This document shows positions 14,397 through 24,335 of a stretch of 64,000 nt of DNA, piece by piece. This DNA is from Octopus vulgaris (lineage: Eukaryota), in contig OX597839.1 in assembly GCA_951406725.2 (NCBI GenBank), forward strand, positions 18,972,001 to 19,036,000. The letters run 5' to 3'. The notes beneath the pieces were generated by a model that was not told the DNA's origin, did no database searches, and saw nothing but the letters and a program-made list of their open reading frames with translations. The position numbers and the translations under genes are program-made. Positions within the stretch are counted from its first letter, which is position 1, and every line of letters starts with the position of its first letter.

Positions 14397-15372
14397 TTAA
14401 TTGTTTGTCGTAGACCCGTTTAGAAGTGGCTTGTATTTTGTAATAAAGAGATTTTCTTTACTTATTCGTTGTCTCGAGGTTGTATCGTCCCTAAATTGGT
14501 AGAGGGGGAAAATTCTGAAGTTTGGTGTTTTTTTGTTGGCGCAAGTATCTATGTGTTGGCTAAAAGCTATTTTTCTGTTTTGGGGAATTTTTATCTGGGA
14601 TCTGTGCAGGGCCATTCGTTTACGCAAACCATTTTTTGTTTGGCCTATGTACTGCTCTTGACACCCGGAGCAGGTTAGTGAGTATATTAGGTTCTCCGAA
14701 GCACATGTGAAGTTGCTTTTCACTGTAAACCGTTGTCCCTGCTTGAAGGAGAACTCTGATCCCTCAATTAGATAGTCGCATATCCCGCAATTGGGTCTTC
14801 CACATTTTTTTACTGTCGGCTTCTGTGTTGAGGAGTGAATTCGGGCTTGTGTAAGGAGACTTTTCATGGATCTAGGCTGTCTTTTGCTTTTTATGATCGT
14901 GTGTGTTTGGAGGATTGTGTTCATTCTGTGGTCTTTTTTTAGGAGGGGTATGTTGTGGAGGATGGTGTCGAAGGCTTCGTTATTGAGAGGGTTGTGTGTG
15001 GAGATGTATGGTAAGGCTTTTGGTTGTAAGTTTTTCTTTGATTTGGGATGTCTCAGTTCCTTGATGTTAAGTTGAAGGGCACGTTGAATGCACTTGTCAA
15101 TAAGTGAAGGTGGATAGTTCCTGGTGATTAGGGTATCTTTTAGTTCTTGTAGTCGTGTGTCTCTGGTGTTTGCGTTAGAGACTATAGTGCATATCCTTTT
15201 TGCTAGATTGAAGGGGATATTCATCCTGGTGTGTCTGGGGTGGCATGAATTGAATGGAAGATATTGCTTAGAGTCTGTAGGCTTATAGTATATGTCTGTT
15301 TCTATTATATTATTAGCTTTCTTAATGAGGATATCGAGGAAGGGGAGTTGTTGTTGGCTATATTCCATCGAT
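14397..15372 (-). pseudogene. PLE polyprotein C-terminal part: RT C-terminus/thumb, Cys-rich linker, GIY-YIG endonuclease
   Basis: Motifs LPFLDI, TDIYYKPTD..YL.F.SCHP, CGRPNCGIC, NLIYSLTCSGCQEQYIGQT..LRKRM..H, R..KE..FI..Y.P.LN. About 325 codons with no stop, but the RT catalytic core is missing. Confidence 0.92.
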
Positions 15373-15506
15373 ATGTAAAAAATATGTATATAAGTCAAAA
15401 CAAAATATTGGCTTTTTTGTTTTTTAAATACTTGTTTATATTATATCATAACATAATAAATTATTGGATTGTCAATTGTATCTCTCTATTTAATTTATTA
15501 TATACA

Positions 15507-15701
15507 CTCTCTTTTACTTGTTTCAGTCATTTGACTGCGGCCATGCTGGAGCACCGCCTTTAGTCGAGCAAATCAACTTCGAGACTTATTCTTTGTAAGC
15601 CCAGTACTTATTCTATCGGTCTCTTTTGCCGAACCGCTAATTGACGGGGACGTAAACACACCAGATTCGGTTGTCAAGCAATGCTAGTGGGACAAACACA
15701 G

Positions 15702-15764
<63 letters not shown>

Positions 15765-15924
15765 TTCGACAGGCTTCTTTCAGTTTCCGTCTACCAACTC
15801 CACTCACAAGGCATTGGACGGCCCGGGGCTATAGCAGAAGACACTTGCCCAAGGTGCCACGCATTGGAACTGAACACGGAACCATGTGGTTGTTTAGCAA
15901 GCTACTTACCACACAGCCACTCCT
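15507..15924 (-). mobile_element. SINE family A
   Basis: Near full-length match to the other family A copies. Confidence 0.88.
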
Positions 15925-16261
15925 ATATATATATATATATTTTGAGAGATAAGCTAAGAAAAGTCCGTTTATTCTGTTTTCCCACATAGCCTGCACATAA
16001 CCTAACAGTCAATACTGCATAAAGTTGAGTTGGTATGGAGCTTTGTGAAAGATACGTATAGCTTTCGCTAGTGGAAGCAAAACACTTATTTAAAGGCTGA
16101 TTCTTTGGGGGCGAATCCTATGTGATTGTTTAAAAAAGGCTAGAACGATGTCAATGCTAAAACGTATTTGAAACAATGGACAACAGTCGTAATGGATGGG
16201 TAAATAAGCATCCTTAAAGTGAAACAACTGTATCAAAGGTAAAAAAAAGTATCAACAAATA

Positions 16262-16668
16262 GGCGCAGGAGTGGCTGTGTGGTAAGTAGCTTGCTAAACA
16301 ACCACATGGTTCCGGGTTCAGTCCCATTGCGTGGCACCTTGGGCAAGTGTCTTCTGCTATAGCCCCGGGCCGACCAATGCCTTGTGAGTGGATTTGGTAG
16401 ACGGAAACTGAAAGAAGCCTGTCGTATATGTGTATATATATATATGTATGTATGTGCGTGTGTTTGTGTGTCTGTGTTTGTCCCCCTAGCATTGCTTGAC
16501 AACCGATGCTGGTGTGTTTACGTCCCCGTCACTTAGCGGTTCGGCGAAAGAGACCGATAGAATAAGTACTGGGCTTACAAAGAATAAGTCCCGGGGTCGA
16601 TTTGCTCGCCTAAAGGAGGTGCTCCAGCATGGTCGCAGTCGAATGACTGAAACAAGTAAAAGAGTAAA
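16262..16668 (+). mobile_element. SINE family A, full length
   Basis: GGCGCAGGAGTGGCTGTGTGGTAAG ... GGGTTCAGTCCC ... GACTGAAACAAGTAAAAGAG. Confidence 0.9.
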
Positions 16669-16881
16669 CAGATGAGATGAAAGGGGACATTACCTTTCAA
16701 GTAACTCAGAATAGGTAAAGGTGAGCTTGCCAAAGTTTAATGTAGTTTAAATATGGCAATTAAGAGTGTTTGGTATTGGATATTCGTCGCGTCCAGTGTT
16801 CCTAGTAAATTTAATCACCGTCGCAGATGGACAGTCGAAATAAACAAATAGATAAAAAATCCTTTCACTTTTATAAAAAGA

Positions 16882-17257
16882 GTAGCAGTATCGCCCGGCG
16901 TTGCTCGGGTTTGTAAGGGAAATAACTATAAAGCATTTTTAGAGAGTTATAGCCAAAAAATAGAAAAAAATGGAAAAAAAAATTATGGTAAATTTTTTTT
17001 GAGAGTTAAAAAGGTCGAGTTGCGTCCCCTAGACAGTCTGTGGTTTGTGTTTCTGATTCTCGACCCCATGTCGAATTTATCGATTTTTTCCAGAACTGGG
17101 GGAACTTTTCAAAATTTTCGCTGCGTTAGTTTTGAATTATGACATTGGGCTATGTGTGTGTCAAGTTTCATCAAAATCGGTTGAAAGCCATGGTCAGGGT
17201 GAGGGTACAACCTGACAGACACACAGACAGACAAACTGCCGTTTATATATAGAGAGA
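16882..17257 (-). mobile_element. Non-autonomous Helitron
   Basis: Minus strand begins TCTCTCTATATATAAAC and ends ACCCGAGCAACGCCGGGCGATACTGCTAC (hairpin plus mutated CTAG). Same 3' end as 20893-21401. Confidence 0.75.
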
Positions 17258-17784
17258 TAAAAAAAGTATGGAAGGCCCTGCATACAAAAAATTATGTCCA
17301 CATAGGTCCATTTATACGGGAGCTCTGGATTAAATGTTTAGTGCAAGACCACCCTTGGGACTTAAGTAATGTGTGTGTGTAAAGTTTGGTGGAAATCGGT
17401 TGAGAATTGTGGAACTGTAATGCGTTCAGTGGTCCAAGATTTTTAATCCCCGACGCTGATGGACAGTGGAAATAGATAGACAAAATTCTTTCACTTTATA
17501 AAAAGTATGGAAGACCCTACATATTATAAAACAGCTGATTAATGCAAATGAATAGGAATCATTTATTGTTGGTTTCCCATCGCTCTAGAGGCCCAAATAT
17601 CGATTTTAAAAAGCACATGTTCAGGTTTGGGAAATGAAGCTGCGTATAAAATTTTTAAGAAATCGGATTAAAGATGTCGAAGTTATTGAGGTACGTTAAA
17701 TTTTTGTACACTCACACACACACGCACATACACACATATGTGTATGTATACACAGACAGACAGACAGAACGGAATATATATGAG

Positions 17785-17817
<33 letters not shown>

Positions 17818-17841
17818 CGTGTGTGTGTGTGTGTCTATATA

Positions 17842-17892
<51 letters not shown>

Positions 17893-17914
17893 CATCCCTG
17901 TTTTTCTCTCCCTG

Positions 17915-17944
<30 letters not shown>

Positions 17945-17946
<2 letters not shown>

Positions 17947-18333
17947 CAAAATATAAAATCCGTTCTGTCTCTCTATGTGTGTGTGTCTTTTAGATTCTCG
18001 GGCATCCTCCATCCGATTGCGCTCAAATTTGATATGTAGATACCGACGGTATCAGAGGGTGTATAAGTCTTGAAAAAATTACAAAAATCGATTCCAGGTG
18101 AGAATGCGATCGATAAAGCCGTGGGAACGAGCATTTGCACGCGCAAGTACATCAGCTGTTGCGATCGACACTACGCTTTCGTGGGAAAAATGCACGTGCA
18201 GTTTGCGCAAAAAAAGCCGGCTGGCTTGAAATAATGCCACCAAATGGGACGGTCGAACAAGTTGTTTTGAGAAAATTTGGTTTAAAAGTTTGACAACTCA
18301 CCACCGTCCATCGGACGGGGGGTGTTTTGCTCG
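17945..18333 (+). mobile_element. Helitron-like non-autonomous element (second family)
   Basis: TATAAAAT..CTGTCT 5' region. Subterminal hairpin CCGTCC atc GGACGG (18304-18318) followed by CTCG|T. Confidence 0.5.
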
Positions 18334-18355
18334 TATATATATATATATATATACA

Positions 18356-18396
<41 letters not shown>

Positions 18397-19085
18397 ACAC
18401 ACAAATACACATACGTGTATATAAATATCCATATATTTATGTGTATGTATATATATATATATATATATATACGCACATTTACATACATACACACATACAT
18501 ATACATACACATACATATACATACACACATACATACATATATCCGAATATATGAATATACAGATATATATATATATACATACGCGTATATAAATATATAT
18601 ACATACATATATACACATACACATACGCGTATATAAATATACATGCATATATATATATATATATGTATATACACACACACACATTTACATACATACACAC
18701 ATACGTCTATATAAATATACAAACATATACACACGCCTATGCTTGTCTAAATTTACTTAGCAAGATGCACGCGTAAACAACTCGATACCTGTTCATAGAA
18801 TAATGTGTGTGTGTGTGTGCTTCCATCCAACAGCCACATGCTGACGCGCCGTATGTCTTTGCACCTGTGCAAGATTCGAATAGGAAAAGGGAAATCGTTT
18901 CTCAGCAGGTTTAACACAAGTCTGGAAGGGAAAACTCTATCGTAGTTCGGTTTTAGTAGTTTGATTGCCAAATGAGAGAAACTATTACTTCGCAATTTGA
19001 ACACACGCGCGCGCGCGCACAGGCGCGCATGCGCGGACATATAATAAAATACACATATGCTCACTGGTATTAATATGTATATATA

Positions 19086-19130
<45 letters not shown>

Positions 19131-19136
19131 GTGTAT

Positions 19137-19240
19137 AGAAATTAAATATAAATTACAAAATGGGACAAGAACGCTAAAACACACAAAGAGACGACACAAA
19201 AAAAATCGTCCCCAGTCGAAAGACGCTTGTTGTTATGTCC

Positions 19241-19271
<31 letters not shown>

Positions 19272-19415
19272 TCTATTGTATTTCTGTATTTATATTCCTG
19301 TAACATCGTCTGTTTTTCCGTCCTTGGTTTTTGTATCGTCTATCTGGATGTTTTGTTGTCCTTTTTCGTATCACCTAGCTGTCCGGATGTTTTGCGTTCT
19401 TGTCCCATTTTGTAT
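19137..19415. mobile_element. Short insert in (TA)n with 21-bp inverted ends
   Basis: TACAAAATGGGACAAGAACGC (19154-19174) is the exact reverse complement of 19394-19414. Confidence 0.65.
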
Positions 19416-19431
19416 TATATATATATATATG

Positions 19432-19481
<50 letters not shown>

Positions 19482-20039
19482 TACAAGTGTGTGCACGCAT
19501 GCGCGTTTGTCTATGTGGGTGTGCGTGCGCGAGTGTACGTATGTGTATAAATGTGTATGTATGCGTGTGCTATTGATAATGGTGTCGAAAGTAATAAAGA
19601 TAATGCTGTCAAATTTTGGCACAAGGCCAGCAATTTTGGGAAGACGGGCTAATCGATTACATCGATCTGAGGGATTGACTTGTACTTATTTTATCGATCC
19701 TGAAAGGATAAAATGCAACGTCGACCTCAGTGGAATTGGAACATAGAATGCAAATATTTTAACAGATTTTTTTTTGTATACAATTCCTTATAATATTTAA
19801 TGATAAAAATACAATAGGATGTTTTAAACATCAAATGGCCTGGAGGATCCACATGTAGAAAATATGGAATCAAAGGGGTCCAGAAATCGAAAAAAAATGG
19901 TTTAGGCTCATTGGTCTTAGACAATGGATATATATTTAGGGCTAAAGCAAAATCGATGATTGAGATAATGTAATGAAGAAGTCTGTATGAAATTGTTCGG
20001 TATAAAAAAGCCAAGACTCTCTGATTGCACTCTATCGGA

Positions 20040-20560
20040 TTTACATAATTCCTAGAAGAGGATTCATTCGAAAAAGTAGGTTTTGTTATACTCTGTTTAG
20101 AACCCTATTCGATGATTATGGTTAGAATATCCTTAATCAGACATTATTCGGTTGAATCAGATAAAGAAATTCACAAAATATAACAAACCTTTGTTAGAAA
20201 TAATTGCCACATGTCTTTCGCTGATTTACAAAATTCACAGACAAGGAAACATTTTTAAATGTAGATCATGTTATTCTCTATTTAGAACCATATTCGATGG
20301 TTATGGTTAGAATATCCTTGATCAGACATTAATCAGTTGAATTAGATTAAGAAATTCACAAAATATAACAAACTTTGTTAGAAATAATTGTCGCATGTCT
20401 TTCGCTGATTTACAAAATTCCTCATGAAGAACTCATTCTCAAATGTAGATATTGTTACACTCTGTTTAGAAACCTATACGATGGTTATGGCTAGGATATC
20501 CTTAGCACAAACATAGGTCTGTTGAATCAGATACAGAAATTAACAAGACATAAAAAGCGC
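20040..20560. repeat. ~184-185-bp tandem repeat, about 2.8 diverged units
   Basis: Units start at 20040, 20225 and 20409 (TTTACA.AATTC..., TTTAGAA..., GGTTAGAATATCCTT...). Confidence 0.85.
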
Positions 20561-20724
20561 TAATTATCAATATGTATAGTAATTAACAGAACAAACAATA
20601 AAACACTTCAGTGAAAAATACAACGAAGCAGATATACAAAATACAGCACATCTTTTCATGCGATTCACAAATGACAGATAAATCACATACAAAGCGTGTT
20701 ATATGAACCAAGATGTGTACTTAC

Positions 20725-20879
20725 CAAATAGATGAAGGTTTGGGTGTTTCTGGCTGAGGAGGAAGAACGAGACACCGTGGTCCCAGGATCCGTTGAGTGT
20801 CATAAATACATTATCGTCGCAAATTGGAGGAGTTCTCTTGTGACGTACACAAAAGCAACTAGCATATTTGTGTTCGAAT
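20725..20879 (-). other. Candidate 155-nt exon
   Basis: ttttggcAG | ... | GTAAGT with one open frame, FEHKYASCFCVRHKRTPPICDDNVFMTLNGSWDHGVSFFLLSQKHPNLHLF. No homology recognised. Confidence 0.25.
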
Positions 20880-20892
20880 CTGCCAAAACATA

Positions 20893-21401
20893 TCTATATA
20901 TATAAAACTCTAGTTGTGTGAGTGTCTGTCCCCTTCGATTTAGATTCCTAACTATTCCCACATTTTGCGGTGCAGTTTAACCAAATTCGGGTATCTCATA
21001 GTCGTGATTAATATCGAGCCCGTCTGAGTATTAGTGCGCGTCTACGATGAGTCTACGATTTTAAAAATAATTTAACATCATTTTTTATTCCATTTTAATG
21101 CATAATTTTTCGTGTGTCGATGGCGGCGGAGTTGGCGTCCATGGTCACACCTGCACCTGTTTGCTTCTTCCCCTTCTTCCCTCCCTCGTGAAGCTGTGGG
21201 AAGGGAGTGTAAGGATATCAACGTCCTAAAGCGTTGTCAAGGAGACCAGCGTTCTTTTAGAACAACGACTTCATGGCTTGAAGACACTGAGTCAACGATT
21301 TAAAAAAAAAATTACCATCATTTTTTTTTCTATAACTCTCTAAAAATGCTTATATAGTTATTTCCCTTATAAACCCGAGCAACGCCGGGCGATACTGCTA
21401 G
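20893..21401 (+). mobile_element. Non-autonomous Helitron, complete
   Basis: A|TCTATATATATAAAA ... CCCGAGCAACGCCGGG hairpin, GATACTGCTAG|T. Inserted between A and T with no TSD. Confidence 0.88.
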
Positions 21402-21632
21402 TCAAGAATAAACAGGTAACTGATTATTTCAAATCTCACCATACCCAGTGCAAATGCTTTTTAAGAGATGAATATAAAAAATCTCATTACGCTGGACACA
21501 AAATGTATTACACCAAATCATAATTAGCAAATTTAATGGCTAATTGCTATATATTGAATATATTGGGGAAACGACTACATATTCCCCACAAGTTTACAAC
21601 ACGCTTTTAATAAGGATTCATATTATGTATAA

Positions 21633-21855
21633 GGCGCATGGCCCAGTGGCTAGAGTGTCAGGCTCAAAATCATGAGGTAGTAAGTCCGATTCCCGGACCG
21701 GGTGTGTATTGTGTTCTTGAGCAAGATACTTATTTCACGCTGGTCCAGTCCAGCTGTAGAAATGAGTTACGACGCCACTGGTGCCAAGCCTTTTCGGCCT
21801 TTGCTTTTCCCTTGGACAACATTGGTGGCGTGGAGAGGGAAGGCTTGTATGCATA
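21633..21855 (+). mobile_element. tRNA-derived SINE, family D
   Basis: GGCGCATGGCCCAGTGGCTAG head, CCGATTCCC B-box-like motif, GTGTTCTTGAGCAAGATACTT CORE-like segment. Its 3' part resembles window positions 1-50. Confidence 0.6.
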
Positions 21856-22110
21856 GATACTTGGGTTCTTGCGGAAGAAATGAAACTCCGAATGACCACG
21901 ATATGTGGGACAATAAAAATCTGCAACACTTTCTTAAGATTTAAAGGATGATGAACAAAATATGTCAGGATGCTTTCATTTACAACCTTGCTACCAAGAA
22001 ATGGCCAATCAGTATTAACTCTAAACAAAACAGATACACACACACACTGCATGTGTATATATGTATGAAAGTTTATACTACGTATATACATATGTATATT
22101 ATGTATATGC

Positions 22111-22494
22111 GCGCATGAGTAGCCGTGTGGTAAGTAGCTTGCTTACCAACCATATGGCTCTGAGTTCAGTCCCACTGCGTGGCACCTTGCGTATCTTCTA
22201 CTATAGCCTCGGGCAGCCGACCAAAGCATTGTGAGTGGATTTGCTAGACGGAAACTGAAAGAAGCCCGTCGTATATATATAAGTATATATGTATGTGTGT
22301 GTTTATGTTTGTGTGTCTGTGTTTGTCCCCCCACCATTGCTTGACAACCGATGCTGGTGTATTTACGGCCCCGTAACCTAGCGGTTCGGGAAAAGAGACC
22401 GATAGAATTAGTCCTGGGGTCAATTTGCTCGACTAAAGGCGGTGCTCCAGCATGACCGCAGTCAAATGACTGAAACAAGTAAAAGAGTAAAAGA

Positions 22495-22495
<1 letters not shown>
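22111..22495 (+). mobile_element. SINE family A
   Basis: Full-length match with (GAGTAAAA)n tail. Confidence 0.85.
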
Positions 22496-22534
<39 letters not shown>

Positions 22535-22538
<4 letters not shown>

Positions 22539-22716
22539 CTTTACTGCCCACAAGAGGCTAAACACAGAGGGGACAAACAAGGACATATAAAGGGATTTAG
22601 CCGATTACATCGACCCCAGTGCGAAACTGGTACTTTATTTATCGATCCCGATAGGATGGAAGGCAAAGTCAACTTCGGCGGAATTTGAACTCAGAACGCA
22701 ACGGCAGACGAAATAC

Positions 22717-22719
<3 letters not shown>
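22535..22719 (-). mobile_element. SINE family B, 5'-truncated
   Basis: Matches 59346-59576. Confidence 0.8.
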
Positions 22720-22767
<48 letters not shown>

Positions 22768-23082
22768 GTACATAACATTAAATATGCTATATCAATGAGT
22801 GTGTGTATAGGAATGCGCATGTATTTGTATGTGTTTGCGTCTGTACGTGCATGTGGTGGAGGGGCATACGAATACACAACCTCTATAGTTTTTGCGCTTG
22901 TACGCGTGTGTGTAAGTGTGTAAGCAGAATTGTCGTATAGTTTTATAATTCTATGGCTGTATGTCTGAATGTGTGAATTTTGCTCGTTCATTTGACTGCA
23001 TAGAATTGGCCTTCTGTGCATTACCCCCCCCCCCCAACACACACACAAACACACATGTACACACCTTGTCTCCCTCTGTCTG

Positions 23083-23116
<34 letters not shown>

Positions 23117-23309
23117 GCACACACATATGAGTGTATGTGTGTCAATATGTAAGTTAAATAATATGTACGCATGCACTCACACATGTGTATATATGACGGG
23201 CATATATATATATATGTATATATATATGTTTACTTTTGTATGTGTGTATGTATGTATATATATATATATATATATATAAAATGTATACACATTTGTGTGT
23301 GCGTGTGTA

Positions 23310-23349
<40 letters not shown>

Positions 23350-23473
23350 TATATAAATGCACACATATTCATATATATATATATATATATATATGTACAT
23401 ATATAAATGCACACATATTCATATATATATATATATACATATACATACATATGTACAAGAATATATTTCTTAT

Positions 23474-23508
<35 letters not shown>

Positions 23509-24335
23509 CATATGTATATATATATATATATAAGTATATATATATATGTATTTATATATATGTATGTATATATATATATATATATGCATGTATATATATG
23601 TGTGTATATATATATAGCATGTATATATATGGATGCATATATATGCATGTATATATGCATGTATATATATGTATATATATATATGCATGTGCATATATAT
23701 GTATATATATATGTATATATATGTGTGTGTATATATATACGTATGCGTGTGTGTAGGTGTATGTTGGGGCCTTAATTATGTCACACGGTGTGCCGAGCAC
23801 ATACAATGCTTTTAACGCAATAACAGATATTCAAGAATGTCTTCACTGCATTCCAAATGGTCGTAGCAAATTGATTTTGAGTGAATAATTTAATTTGAAA
23901 TGCTGGGGACGGATGTGTATGTGTGCGGAAGGAGAGAGAGAGAGAGAGACAGAGAGAGAGAGAGGAAGAAATGGTTATAGAACAGTGAAGAAGGACAAAG
24001 ATTGTGAATAGAGCAAGACGTAGAAAGGGAGATAAAGAAAGGAAAATAGTAAAGAGTGTTAGAAAAAGATGGTGAGGGTGAAATGTAGATAAATTTAGAG
24101 AGAGAGAGAGAGAGAGAGAGTGAGTGAGAAAGAGAGATAGAGAGGGTGCGAGAGTTAGAGGGAGAAAGAGAGACGGAAGTGTAATAGACAGACACGGTGA
24201 TAGAGATAAAGAAAACCTGTGTGGAGAGAGAGAGAAAGAGAGAGAGAGAGAGACAGAAAAAGAGAGAGAGAGGGAGAGATACTGAATGAGTGAGAGAGAG
24301 AGAGAGAGTGAAAAACAGAGTGAGAAATAAAGAGG

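Larger units (their letters stand above)
13594..15372 (-). mobile_element. 5'-truncated Penelope-like retroelement (PLE)
   Basis: RT-thumb plus GIY-YIG ORF, ~800-nt 3' region containing a hammerhead, and a 3' terminus abutting (TA)n at 13593. Confidence 0.92.

Noticed and set aside
16262-16335. tRNA genes at SINE heads (also 21633, 51088, 57486)
   Set aside because: Each continues into a SINE body and lacks a complete cloverleaf and terminator.
20040-20560. Regularly spaced repeats as a CRISPR array (also 36426-37110)
   Set aside because: Whole units are similar with no unique spacers, there are no cas genes, and the context is eukaryotic.
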